From an uncultured Candidatus Actinomarina sp. (GTDB lineage: Bacteria > Actinomycetota > Acidimicrobiia > Actinomarinales > Actinomarinaceae), in the NCBI GenBank assembly GCA_902625455.1, contig CACOBL010000001.1, forward strand, positions 244,191 to 308,190: DNA of 64,000 bases, in the 5' to 3' direction. The notes below the pieces were generated by a model. It was not told the origin of the DNA, did no database searches, and worked only from the letters and a program-made list of their open reading frames with translations. How positions within the stretch are numbered: the stretch's first letter is position 1; every line of letters starts with the position of its first letter. Position numbers and translations under genes: made by a program. Shown piece after piece: positions 10,481 through 20,159 of the stretch.

Positions 10481-11614
10481 ATGGATTTACAAAAATTAGA
10501 ACAATTAAGTAGCTCGAGCGGTATACCTTTAGACTTATTATCTAGATCAATTCAAGCTAGAGCAGAAGCTGCTGGTGTTTCATCTGATGACATACTTAAT
10601 AACTGGAGTGGTGGAGAACCATTAACAACTACTACTCAAAGCGAACCTCCTGAAAATAAAATAGAAGAAGTAAGTGTTGAACCACAGCAAAATGAGCCAG
10701 AAGTACAAACAAAGGAAGAACCTGCTGTAAAAGAATCCGATTCTGAAAATGTTATTGAGGAAAGTCTTGGTGTAACGACCATCGTTATTGAAGATGCGCC
10801 TCCCCCAGTTCCATTAAGTCAAAAAATATTTAAATCATTAAAGTACGGATTAGGTTTTGGAATATTATGTGGTTTTATTCAAGGATTAGTAACGAGCTCT
10901 TATCTTTATGATGGACTAATTTTAGAGGCAGAAACCCAAAATTTGATTTCAGAATATAACACTGTTTCATTTGTGTTGATAATTTCTTTGACAACTGCAT
11001 TTATTAGTTCGCTAAATGCTTTAAATATTAAAAAATTCTTAGAAAGAAACTTTCAGGGTTATGGAGTTTTAACAAATGATAAAGAATCAATTTTTACTGG
11101 AATTGGATTAGGACTAGTTTTTGGTTCATCATCAGCTTTTTTTATTGTTAATAGTGTTGGACAAACAATTGAAGGAATTTTACCAGAAGACCCTGTAATT
11201 AATTTGATCAGTGTAAGTAGTGCTTTTTGGAGAATAGTTATAATGTCGGCATTTATTCAGTCTTTAATTGCAGTACTAACAATGATTTTGGGAATTCCAA
11301 AAGGTCTTGATTTAGATGATCTTATTGAGGCTAACAAAATAAGAAATAGAATAGTCGGGTCAATCATTATTCCACTGGGTTCAATTGTTGTTGGAGGAAT
11401 CGTAGCTGTATCAGTAGCTCAGATTTTTCTCAACTTTCACGACTACGCGCCACTGTTTGCATTAATTATTTCTGCAGCAATTTTATTATTTGCAAGTGTC
11501 ATGAGTTCAGCACCAAAAATTCGAATTACAAGAAGTGAAGTTATTATTGCTTCTGTTGGAGTTATTACACTAATTGTAATAATTGCTAGTGTTGCAGCGA
11601 GCCAAAACTTGTAA
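10481..11614 (+). CDS. Hypothetical modular membrane protein (N-terminal soluble domain, acidic Pro/Glu-rich linker, 6-7 TM)
   Basis: No family recognised. Lies 19 nt after ctaG and ends 1 nt before aceA, so it is probably co-transcribed with the oxidase operon. Confidence 0.35.
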   Translation: MDLQKLEQLSSSSGIPLDLLSRSIQARAEAAGVSSDDILNNWSGGEPLTTTTQSEPPENKIEEVSVEPQQNEPEVQTKEEPAVKESDSENVIEESLGVTTIVIEDAPPPVPLSQKIFKSLKYGLGFGILCGFIQGLVTSSYLYDGLILEAETQNLISEYNTVSFVLIISLTTAFISSLNALNIKKFLERNFQGYGVLTNDKESIFTGIGLGLVFGSSSAFFIVNSVGQTIEGILPEDPVINLISVSSAFWRIVIMSAFIQSLIAVLTMILGIPKGLDLDDLIEANKIRNRIVGSIIIPLGSIVVGGIVAVSVAQIFLNFHDYAPLFALIISAAILLFASVMSSAPKIRITRSEVIIASVGVITLIVIIASVAASQNL

Positions 11615-12874
11615 ATGGATATAAATTTCAATTCAGAAAAAGTTGTAAAAGACTATTTAATTTCACCCAGATGGGAAGGCATTAAACGAAAATATTCTGA
11701 TAAAGATGTTCAAAGACTAAGACCAGCCGTAAAAATAACAAATTCGATTTCTGAACACTGCTCAAACAAGCTTTGGGATTTATTAAAAAGAAAAGAGACA
11801 TGGATTTCTGGTTTAGGAGCTGCCACCGCTCAACAAGCTTTACAAATGTTTAATTTAGATTATGAAATTATTTATGTGAGTGGGTGGCAAATAGCTGCAG
11901 AAAGTAATGTTGGAAACAATACATATCCAGACCTATCCCTTTATCCATCAAATAGTACTCCTAATTTTGTCACTAAAATAAACAATACTCTAATAAGAAA
12001 AATTACGGAGACAAAAGGCACTGATCTACCTCCTATAATTGCAGATGGCGAATCTGGATTTGGAGGTATTTACAATGTTTATGATCTTACATCTCAGTTT
12101 ATTAAAGCAGGTACAGCTGGAATTCATTTTGAAGATCAATTGGCATCAGAAAAAAAGTGTGGTCATGTTGGTGGAAAAGTAGTCATTCCTACTCATGAAT
12201 ATATAAAAAAACTAAACGCTTCAAGACTTAGTACTGATGTTGCTGGTTCACCTGTTTTAATAATTGCTAGAACCGATGCCTTAAATGCAAAATTAATAAC
12301 TTCAGATTTTGATGATAGAGACAAAGAATTTATAAGTAAAGAACGCACCTCTGATGGGTATTTTTTAATAAAAAATAACGAGGGATTAGCAATATCAAAA
12401 GCTTTAGCTTATTCAGAATATGCAGACGTAATTTGGTGTGAGACAAATACTCCAGATTTAGGTTTTGCGAAAGAATTTGCTGACGAAATTAAGAATCATT
12501 TTCCTAAAAAAATATTGGCTTATAATTGTTCTCCATCATTTAATTGGATGAATAAGTTTTCCAAATCTGAAATTGAAAATTTCCAATTAACTTTATTTGA
12601 ACTTGGGTATAAATTGCAATTCGTCTCCCTTGCAGGTTTTCACTCAATGGTTAGCTCAATGTATGATTTAGCTAGTAAGTACAAAGGTGGAAATATGAGT
12701 GCAATTGTTGAGCTTCAAAAATTTGAAAATAACCTTACTAAAGAAGGTTATACAGGCATCAAGCATCAGCAGGAAGTTGGTGGAGATTATTATGAAAAAA
12801 TTGGTGAAGCATTACTTGGCGATGATTCAGAACTACTTTCGAAAAAAGACTCTACAGAGAATACACAATTTTAA
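11615..12874 (+). CDS. aceA: Isocitrate lyase
   Basis: Isocitrate lyase signature K-K-C-G-H (ASEKKCGHVGGKVVIPT) and PEP-mutase/ICL fold motifs (DGESGFGG, ARTDA). Confidence 0.9.
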   Translation: MDINFNSEKVVKDYLISPRWEGIKRKYSDKDVQRLRPAVKITNSISEHCSNKLWDLLKRKETWISGLGAATAQQALQMFNLDYEIIYVSGWQIAAESNVGNNTYPDLSLYPSNSTPNFVTKINNTLIRKITETKGTDLPPIIADGESGFGGIYNVYDLTSQFIKAGTAGIHFEDQLASEKKCGHVGGKVVIPTHEYIKKLNASRLSTDVAGSPVLIIARTDALNAKLITSDFDDRDKEFISKERTSDGYFLIKNNEGLAISKALAYSEYADVIWCETNTPDLGFAKEFADEIKNHFPKKILAYNCSPSFNWMNKFSKSEIENFQLTLFELGYKLQFVSLAGFHSMVSSMYDLASKYKGGNMSAIVELQKFENNLTKEGYTGIKHQQEVGGDYYEKIGEALLGDDSELLSKKDSTENTQF

Positions 12875-12886
12875 TAGAATATAAAA

Positions 12887-13735
12887 ATGACATATTTTAA
12901 AAATAAAACCGTAATTATGAGTGGAGGCTCTCGTGGTGTTGGTCTTGAGATAGCTAAAGCACTAGGTAAAGATGGGGCAAATATTGCAATCCTAGCCAAG
13001 ACTACAGAACCACATCCAACTCTTCCTGGCACAATTTTTACTGCTGCAGAAGAGATTGAAGAAGTTGGAGGAACTGCCCTTCCAATTGTTTGTGATATTA
13101 GATATGAAGATCAAGTTGAAGCAGCAGTCGAAGAAACAGCAGGTAAATTTGGTGGCATAGATATATGTATAAACAATGCGAGTGCAATACATCTAACTGA
13201 TACGGTCAATACACCCATGAAAAGATATGACTTAATGCATAACATAAATGTACGAGGTACTTTTATGTTAAGTCAAAAATGCATACCCCATTTAATTAAA
13301 CGTGATAATGCACATATCTTAACGCTATCTCCACCATTAGACATAGCTAGAAAATGGTTTGGTATGACCCTTGCTTACACCACTGCGAAGTATGGTATGT
13401 CGCTTGTTGCACATGGACTAGCTGAAGAACTTGGAAAACACAATGTTGCATCTAATTGTCTGTGGCCAAGAACCTCACTTGATACTGCAGCTGTAAGAAA
13501 TGTGATAGGTGAAGAACTGGTAAAAGGCTCTCGAAAGCCTTCAATATACGCTGATGCTGCATATGCTGTTTTAAAAAGAGATTCATCTTCATGTACCGGT
13601 AATTTCTTTTTAGATCAAGATGTACTTGAAGAAGAAGGAGTTACAGATTTTGATCAATATGCAATAGATCCTGAGGCAAAACTTGTATCAGACTTTTTTG
13701 TAGATGACAATCCTGAAGATTGGATTCAAGCTTAG
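12887..13735 (+). CDS. SDR family NAD(P)-dependent oxidoreductase
   Basis: N-terminal Rossmann motif MSGGSRGVGLEIAKAL. NNAS and Y..AK catalytic elements (TTAKYGMS). Confidence 0.75.
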   Translation: MTYFKNKTVIMSGGSRGVGLEIAKALGKDGANIAILAKTTEPHPTLPGTIFTAAEEIEEVGGTALPIVCDIRYEDQVEAAVEETAGKFGGIDICINNASAIHLTDTVNTPMKRYDLMHNINVRGTFMLSQKCIPHLIKRDNAHILTLSPPLDIARKWFGMTLAYTTAKYGMSLVAHGLAEELGKHNVASNCLWPRTSLDTAAVRNVIGEELVKGSRKPSIYADAAYAVLKRDSSSCTGNFFLDQDVLEEEGVTDFDQYAIDPEAKLVSDFFVDDNPEDWIQA

Positions 13736-13959
13736 TTACCTAAAAAGTCTATTACGCTTTCCCAGCCTTTGGAAACTCCTTTATAAAACTCCGTATAAGT
13801 ACAGTTTGAACACGTCACAGCTATGAATTTTCTATTTTGTATATTCATAAATCTTGACCAAGACTTACCAGTCATTGTCACTGTATCTTCAGAATATTCA
13901 GTCGATTCACATTTAGGACATACCCATATTTTTTTTTGTGTTGGATATCTTTCTTCCAT
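13732..13959 (-). CDS. Small predicted zinc-ribbon protein
   Basis: 75 aa with two CxxC pairs (CPKC ... CSNC) separated by about 40 aa. No firm family. Confidence 0.4.
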   Translation of the reverse strand: MEERYPTQKKIWVCPKCESTEYSEDTVTMTGKSWSRFMNIQNRKFIAVTCSNCTYTEFYKGVSKGWESVIDFLGN

Positions 13960-14019
13960 ACTTAAATACTAATTATTTTTTTAAATGGAATCTGCATTTA
14001 TAGAAAGGTAAAATTTAAT

Positions 14020-15987
14020 ATGCATAATATTTTGCGCATACTTTTTTTATCTTGCCTTATGTTGATTTTTGCATGTGGAGCTGAAGAGTCTGCCAACTTA
14101 GACCCACAAGTTGTAAGAGTTGTCGATGATGAGTTTTCTCCAAAAGTAATAAGAGTTGAACCAGGAACAACGGTAATTTGGGAATCTGGCGGAGCAAATG
14201 ATCATAATGTAATTGCAAGTGATGGTTCCTGGCAAGCTATATCATCGGACTATTTTGAATATGGAATTATTACAAAAGGCGATCAATATGAGCACACATT
14301 TAATGAGCCTGGAGTTTACGATTATTACTGTCCGTATCATGGAACCAATGACAAAGGAATGGTTGGAACAGTAATCGTAGGAGATGTTGATTTTGCTGTT
14401 GAGCCTGAAAAAGTGATTGTTAGTTTAAGTGAGAATGTTTTAAGTGTAGGTCAAGGTGAAGCATTTACAAAAATTCAAGATGCTGTTGATGCAGCACAAG
14501 AAGGAGATTTAATTCTAATTAACCCTGGAGTTTATAACGAAAGTATAACTGTCACTACTTCTTATCTAACACTCAGGGGGACTGATAGAAATAAAGTGAT
14601 AATAGATGGTCAGTTTATGAGTGAAAACGGAGTGCAGATTTATGAGACAGACGGAGTCACGGTTGAAAATCTATCTGTAAGAAACTTTACACTAAATGGC
14701 GTATATTGGAATACAGCAAAAGGGTTTAGAGGTTCTTATTTAACTGTTTATAACAACGGAGATTATGGTGTCTATGCTTTTAATTCAACTGATGGTGTAT
14801 TTGATAATGTGTATGCATCAGGACATCCTGATAGTGGAATTTATATAGGACAATGCTACCCATGTAATTCTCTAATTTACGATAACGTAGTTGAGGGTAA
14901 CGCACTAGGATATTCAGGAACAAATGCAGGTGGTCATTTGTATTTATATAACAATATATGGCGCGATAATATGTCAGGTATTGTACCAAATACTCTTGAC
15001 TCTGAACTTAATCCTCCAGGTCGAGAAACAACAATTGTTGGAAATCTAGTGATTGACAATAATAACTATGAAGCTCCTACAAACCGATTTGGCGTAGTGG
15101 CTAAAGGTATGGGAATTGTTGTTCCGGGAAGAGTTGGAGATGTCATTGAAAAAAACTTAGTGATTAATCATGATCGCTATGGAATTGTTGCAAGCCCGAT
15201 GCTTGACGCAAATTTATACTTTTCTCAACATGTAAGCATTGTTGATAATGTTGTTTTAGATTCTGGGTACACAGATTTAGCCCTTGCAGGGCCTTGGGGT
15301 CCCGGAAACTGTTTTGAAAACAATGTTTATCAAACAAGTACTCCTCCATTACTTGAACAAGTCCATAACTGTAGTTCTATCAATTCAACAAATATACTTG
15401 CTAGATTCCCACTACAAGGAGACCCTTCTGGACTTATGATGCTTGCTGGATTCTTTGCTGATGCACAAACTACTGATCTAGACAAAAATAGATATAAAGA
15501 ATACCCTTGGCCAAAAGAACAAATGAATATGGAGTTTGATAATATTAATGAGCCATCTCCAGCAATAAATTTATTTTACGTACCAAACTTAGAAGAAATA
15601 AAGATACCTACAAACTTACTTAATGAGGATTTAGAAAATTACTACAATGCTGAAAAGGAGATAATTATGAGCGGAGTTCCAATTTCAAGCCCAACATTGT
15701 GGCAGTTATTATTTCAACTTTACGGATACTTGATGCCGTTTGTGTTGTATGCTGCTTGGGCTGCTTTAGCGATAAAGGATATTGACTCTAACGACAAAGT
15801 AAATGGAAGTATGAAATATATATGGTTGGGGGTGGTTTACCTTGTACCATTTTTTGGTGTTCTTGTTTACCACCTTATGGGACCAAGTGCCATATCGCGC
15901 AGTATGAAGCTAGCAGCGATTGTTGGTGGACTATTTAGTTACATTGCAATACTTGTTGCAGGCGCAGTGATTAGCGGATTAGTTTAA
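14020..15987 (+). CDS. Lipoprotein fusing a cupredoxin (type-1 Cu), a right-handed beta-helix (NosD/pectate-lyase-like) and a C-terminal PLDc_N membrane domain
   Basis: Signal peptide plus lipobox (LIFAC-G). Plastocyanin-like ligand set H..C-P-Y-H-x6-M (HNVIASDG ... YYCPYHGTNDKGM). Repeated beta-helix strands (NNGDYGVYAFNST, NVVEGNALGYSG, VIDNNNYEA, NVVLDSGYTD). C-terminal WAALAIKDID....WLGVVYLVPFFGVLVYHLMG matches the PLD N-terminal (PLDc_N) membrane motif. Confidence 0.6.
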   Translation: MHNILRILFLSCLMLIFACGAEESANLDPQVVRVVDDEFSPKVIRVEPGTTVIWESGGANDHNVIASDGSWQAISSDYFEYGIITKGDQYEHTFNEPGVYDYYCPYHGTNDKGMVGTVIVGDVDFAVEPEKVIVSLSENVLSVGQGEAFTKIQDAVDAAQEGDLILINPGVYNESITVTTSYLTLRGTDRNKVIIDGQFMSENGVQIYETDGVTVENLSVRNFTLNGVYWNTAKGFRGSYLTVYNNGDYGVYAFNSTDGVFDNVYASGHPDSGIYIGQCYPCNSLIYDNVVEGNALGYSGTNAGGHLYLYNNIWRDNMSGIVPNTLDSELNPPGRETTIVGNLVIDNNNYEAPTNRFGVVAKGMGIVVPGRVGDVIEKNLVINHDRYGIVASPMLDANLYFSQHVSIVDNVVLDSGYTDLALAGPWGPGNCFENNVYQTSTPPLLEQVHNCSSINSTNILARFPLQGDPSGLMMLAGFFADAQTTDLDKNRYKEYPWPKEQMNMEFDNINEPSPAINLFYVPNLEEIKIPTNLLNEDLENYYNAEKEIIMSGVPISSPTLWQLLFQLYGYLMPFVLYAAWAALAIKDIDSNDKVNGSMKYIWLGVVYLVPFFGVLVYHLMGPSAISRSMKLAAIVGGLFSYIAILVAGAVISGLV

Positions 15988-16009
15988 AGTAAAAACTTGA
16001 ATTTAATTT

Positions 16010-16861
16010 ATGTCTTTTGAAAAGATACTCTGCTTTGGATCATTAAATCCTGATTTAATTTATTTTGTCGATAATATACCAAAAAAAGGTGACGATATCA
16101 GAAGTTCAAATTCACTTATTAGAGCTGGCGGAACAGCAATTAATTGTGCTGAAAAAATTGCTCTTTGGGATAAATCTGTTCATGTCAGGGGGAACAGTAT
16201 TGGTACAGATCCTTTGGGAGAATTTTTAGTAAATCACTTAAGAGCAAAAGACATTAACCATAGTGACTTAGTAATTGATAAAGGCATTACACCAACTTGT
16301 TCAATCTTTGTAGATGAAACAGGTGAAAGAACTATTGTCTCTTCAGGGTACCAAAAGTCAATTTGGAATAATTTTGAAGATATAGATTCATATGATTCGC
16401 TGATGCTTGATCGATATTCAATTGAATTTATTAGAAGCGACCTTGTTGAGCTTCAAAAAAGAAAAAACTTATTTATTAGCCAAGCAGGATATGAGCATAA
16501 GATCGATTACAGATTAGATTTTTTGACTGTAAGTAAGGATGAAATTACTGTAAACGAAGCAAATGATCTCATAGATTCAAAAACTATAAGATATATCTTG
16601 TTAACATCCTCAAACCTACCGGCAAGACTACTCAGCCTTGAAGGCACAATAGAAATAGTTCCTCCTGATTTCAAAACTATAAATGCAAATGGAGCTGGTG
16701 ACACAACAGCTGCATATATTGCCGCATTTGGTGTTGGAGACTTAATTAACAATATCAAAAAAGCCTGCGCAGCTGGTGCAATAGTTGCTGGAACAAATGA
16801 TGAACCTACAATTGAAAAAATTGAGGAAATTGCCAAGCTTGTTGAGGTAAACCCAAGATAG
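16010..16861 (+). CDS. PfkB-family carbohydrate/nucleoside kinase
   Basis: PfkB C-terminal signature NANGAGDTTAAYIAAFG (DTxGAGD) and N-terminal GG-type motif (RAGGTAIN). Confidence 0.7.
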   Translation: MSFEKILCFGSLNPDLIYFVDNIPKKGDDIRSSNSLIRAGGTAINCAEKIALWDKSVHVRGNSIGTDPLGEFLVNHLRAKDINHSDLVIDKGITPTCSIFVDETGERTIVSSGYQKSIWNNFEDIDSYDSLMLDRYSIEFIRSDLVELQKRKNLFISQAGYEHKIDYRLDFLTVSKDEITVNEANDLIDSKTIRYILLTSSNLPARLLSLEGTIEIVPPDFKTINANGAGDTTAAYIAAFGVGDLINNIKKACAAGAIVAGTNDEPTIEKIEEIAKLVEVNPR

Positions 16862-16902
16862 CGATTTATACTTTTTAAAAAAATCTACTAATATAAAATA
16901 CT

Positions 16903-18690
16903 ATGGCAGTTACCTACAAAGCACCTGTCAAAGACATTGTTTTTGGCTATGAAGTTATAGATTCTTATAATGTATTAAACAAAATATCAGAGTTTAGTGA
17001 TTTTTCAGAAGATATTGTCATCCCGACTATGGAGGAATGTGCAAAATTTTCTGAGGAAGTACTCGCTCCTATCAATGCTATAGGTGACCAACAAGGCGCA
17101 ACCATTGAGAATGGAATTGTAACAATGCCAGTAGAATTCGTTGATGCCTATAAGAAATTTGCTGAAGCTGGATGGGCGTCTATATCGCTTCCCGAAGAAA
17201 TTGGTGGAGGAGGCATGCCAATAACCCTTTCTGGTGGTACATTAGAAATTTTGAGTACTGCTAATTTAGCATTTGGATTAGCTCCTGGGTTAAGTGCTGG
17301 TGCAATATCTGCCATTAACTTTCATGGAAATCAAGAACAAAAAGATAAATTTCTACCAAAACTTGTTTCGGGGGAATGGACAGGAACAATGAACCTAAGT
17401 GAGCCTCAGTCAGGTTCTGATTTAGGAACGATAACAACAAAAGCAGAAAAACAAGATGATGGTACTTATAAGATTACTGGAACAAAAGTATGGATTACTT
17501 TTGGTGAACATGATATGACCGAAAATATAATCCACTTAGTTCTTGCAAAAGTACCTGGTTCACCAGAGGGAACTAAAGGTATTTCTATGTTCATAGTTCC
17601 AAAAGTGATTATTAACGACGATGGTTCGTTAGGTGATAATAATAATGTTTCCTGTATATCTATTGAAGAAAAACTTGGTATACATGCTAGTCCTACATGT
17701 GTGATGGAATATGATGGATCTGTTGGCTACTTAGTGGGTGAAGAAAATAGAGGTCTCAACTATATGTTCACTATGATGAATGAAGCCAGAGTTTGGGTAG
17801 GCGGCCAAGGATTAGCTTGTGCTTCTGGAGCACTACAAGGAGCATCACAATACGCTCGAGACCGCGTTCAGGGAAGACCAGTTGGAATGTCTAAAGAAGA
17901 TGCAAAAAAATCAACAATAATTGATCATGCAGATGTGAGAAGAATGCTTATGACAATTAAATCTTATGTAGATGCGATGAGATATCTTATGTACGATAAC
18001 CAATTAATGCTTGACCTTGAGTATTTTGCAGAAGGAGAACTAAAAGAGTTTGGTGAAGAGAGGTGCGGTATTCTTACGCCTATTACTAAAGCGTGGATAT
18101 CAGATTTAGGTGTCGAGTTGTCTTCTATTGCTATTCAAGTTTATGGAGGAATGGGCTATGTAGAGGAAACGGGAGTCGCACAGTACTTAAGAGATTCTCG
18201 TATTGCTCCAATTTATGAAGGAACAAATGGTATTCAAGCATTAGATCTTATGTTTAGAAAACTTCCTCTTGATAATGGACAAGCAATGCAAAGATTGCTT
18301 ACTGATGTAAACAAAGTTATAGATGAAATGAATAATGGTGGAGAATTATTATCAAATCTAGCGCAAAAATTAAAAGTTGAAGTTGATAAACTGTCAGAAG
18401 TCACTTTATGGTTGGGTTCAAAAATGCTTGAAGGTGAACTAGTTGACGCAAGTGCTGGTGCAACACCATATTTAAAGATGTTTGGTCAAGTTCTTGGAGG
18501 CTACTACATGGGTAAAGCAGCAATATTAGCTACTAAGAAATTGGAAGAGACAGGCGATGAATATTACAAAGAAAAAATTACATTATCAAAGTTTTATATA
18601 GAACAACTTTTGCCTTTAGCTTCAGGTTATGCTTCTTCTGTCACTGCAGGTAAAGACGATCTTTTTAATATAAAAGCCGAAAGCTTTTAA
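16903..18690 (+). CDS. Long-form acyl-CoA dehydrogenase (about 600 aa, FadE-like with C-terminal ACAD extension)
   Basis: ACAD middle/C-domain motifs (GSDLGTITTKAEKQDDGTYKITGTKVWIT, YGGMGYVEETGVAQYLRDSRIAPIYEGTNGIQ). Confidence 0.75.
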   Translation: MAVTYKAPVKDIVFGYEVIDSYNVLNKISEFSDFSEDIVIPTMEECAKFSEEVLAPINAIGDQQGATIENGIVTMPVEFVDAYKKFAEAGWASISLPEEIGGGGMPITLSGGTLEILSTANLAFGLAPGLSAGAISAINFHGNQEQKDKFLPKLVSGEWTGTMNLSEPQSGSDLGTITTKAEKQDDGTYKITGTKVWITFGEHDMTENIIHLVLAKVPGSPEGTKGISMFIVPKVIINDDGSLGDNNNVSCISIEEKLGIHASPTCVMEYDGSVGYLVGEENRGLNYMFTMMNEARVWVGGQGLACASGALQGASQYARDRVQGRPVGMSKEDAKKSTIIDHADVRRMLMTIKSYVDAMRYLMYDNQLMLDLEYFAEGELKEFGEERCGILTPITKAWISDLGVELSSIAIQVYGGMGYVEETGVAQYLRDSRIAPIYEGTNGIQALDLMFRKLPLDNGQAMQRLLTDVNKVIDEMNNGGELLSNLAQKLKVEVDKLSEVTLWLGSKMLEGELVDASAGATPYLKMFGQVLGGYYMGKAAILATKKLEETGDEYYKEKITLSKFYIEQLLPLASGYASSVTAGKDDLFNIKAESF

Positions 18691-19083
18691 TTGCTTAATG
18701 CTTTAAAAAACAAAAGCAATCTTATTGCTTTAGTGGGTGCAAGTAACGATCCGCAAAAATATGGTAACAAAATTTTACTTGACCTTATTTCGAAAGGATA
18801 CAAAGTTGCACCAATTAATAAAAAAGAAAAGATGATATCAGGTAATAAATCTTACAAAAATGTTATGGATCTTGAAATAGTCCCATCAATAATAAACTTT
18901 GTAGTACCTCCAAAAATTGGATTTGAAATTACAAAAGAATTAGTAGAGAATAACTTTGATAATTTTTGGTATCAACCCGGTGCCGAAAGTAAAGATATTT
19001 CTTCTTACTTAAACCAAAATAACAAAAATTTTATCGATGACAAATGTATTATGGTTGTTACAAGGTTGTCAGAGCACTACTAA
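18691..19083 (+). CDS. CoA-binding domain protein (YccU/YneT family)
   Basis: IALVGASNDPQKYGNKIL..GYKVAPIN matches the small CoA-binding Rossmann family. TTG start abuts the upstream stop. Confidence 0.7.
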   Translation: MLNALKNKSNLIALVGASNDPQKYGNKILLDLISKGYKVAPINKKEKMISGNKSYKNVMDLEIVPSIINFVVPPKIGFEITKELVENNFDNFWYQPGAESKDISSYLNQNNKNFIDDKCIMVVTRLSEHY

Positions 19084-20102
19084 TTTTCAGAAGACTTATT
19101 AACCTCATCTAATTCATCAAAGGACTTCTCTAGCTTATTAACTCTTGTTGTTTTTAATGCTTCAAATGATTGAACAGTTTGGTCTAATCGCTTCGTTACA
19201 TCATCAAAAGAATCTATAAACTTTCTAACTTCATTTTTAACCTTTTCGTGAGTAATTAAAATATTTTTTGTATCTGTTTGTAAACTAAATAATTTCATGG
19301 AATGCCTGATCGTCTCTAAATAAGCCATTAACGTTTGAGGACTTACAAGAATAACTTTTTTTGAAAAAGCGTACTGAATTACGGGAGTTTTGTTCGATCC
19401 TATCACTGAAGTTAATAAGAAGTGGTAAAGATTTTCAAGTGGAATATACATTAGTACAAAATCAACTGTGTCCTCTTCAGAGGAAATATAACCTTCCCTA
19501 CCTGAAGTTTCATCAATCTTAGTTTTAATAGCTTTATCCAAGAATTCTCTGTTTTTGCTTTTGATTAAATCATTTATTTCTTTTCTTGAAATTTGATCGA
19601 GAGTCTCATCATCTAAGTCACGATTTAATTTGGCGATTTCCATGTAATTTGTCAATGGAAACTTTGAATCCATATTTATTGTTTTATTATCAGGAAGGTA
19701 AAAAGTAAAGTCTGGTTTGGTTCCACTTTTCATTATTTTTTGTGTTTCATAATGTATACCGTCTTTATATTCCATTATTCCCAAAAGGTCTTCTACTTGA
19801 AATTCAGCCCACTGTCCTCTGCTTTGATTATTATTAAGTACTGAAATTAAGTTTCTCGTTTGTTGATCAACCCCTGTTATTGAACTTTTAATTTCACCAG
19901 TTCTTTCAATAAAATCTTTTACAGTTTGATCAGATTTATTAAGTAATTTATATATTTGTGATTCTTCATTTTCAATAATTTCACTTACAATTCCTTTAAT
20001 CAAATATTCATCATCTTTATTGTCTTCTTCTTTTTTTCTGGTGACAAAATACAAATTTGTACTCAGAAGTAAAACTATTATCACATAAAATATAATTTCC
20101 AT
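19080..20102 (-). CDS. rmuC: DNA recombination protein RmuC
   Basis: N-terminal TM, a coiled-coil region and the RmuC C-terminal motif (DFVLMYIPLENLYH ... VILVSPQTLMAYLETI). Confidence 0.8.
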   Translation of the reverse strand: MEIIFYVIIVLLLSTNLYFVTRKKEEDNKDDEYLIKGIVSEIIENEESQIYKLLNKSDQTVKDFIERTGEIKSSITGVDQQTRNLISVLNNNQSRGQWAEFQVEDLLGIMEYKDGIHYETQKIMKSGTKPDFTFYLPDNKTINMDSKFPLTNYMEIAKLNRDLDDETLDQISRKEINDLIKSKNREFLDKAIKTKIDETSGREGYISSEEDTVDFVLMYIPLENLYHFLLTSVIGSNKTPVIQYAFSKKVILVSPQTLMAYLETIRHSMKLFSLQTDTKNILITHEKVKNEVRKFIDSFDDVTKRLDQTVQSFEALKTTRVNKLEKSFDELDEVNKSSEN

Positions 20103-20159
20103 GCTTTAAGAATAGCAATAAAGAAAGACAATTTAATAATTGGGTTAAGTAAAGCTAAA

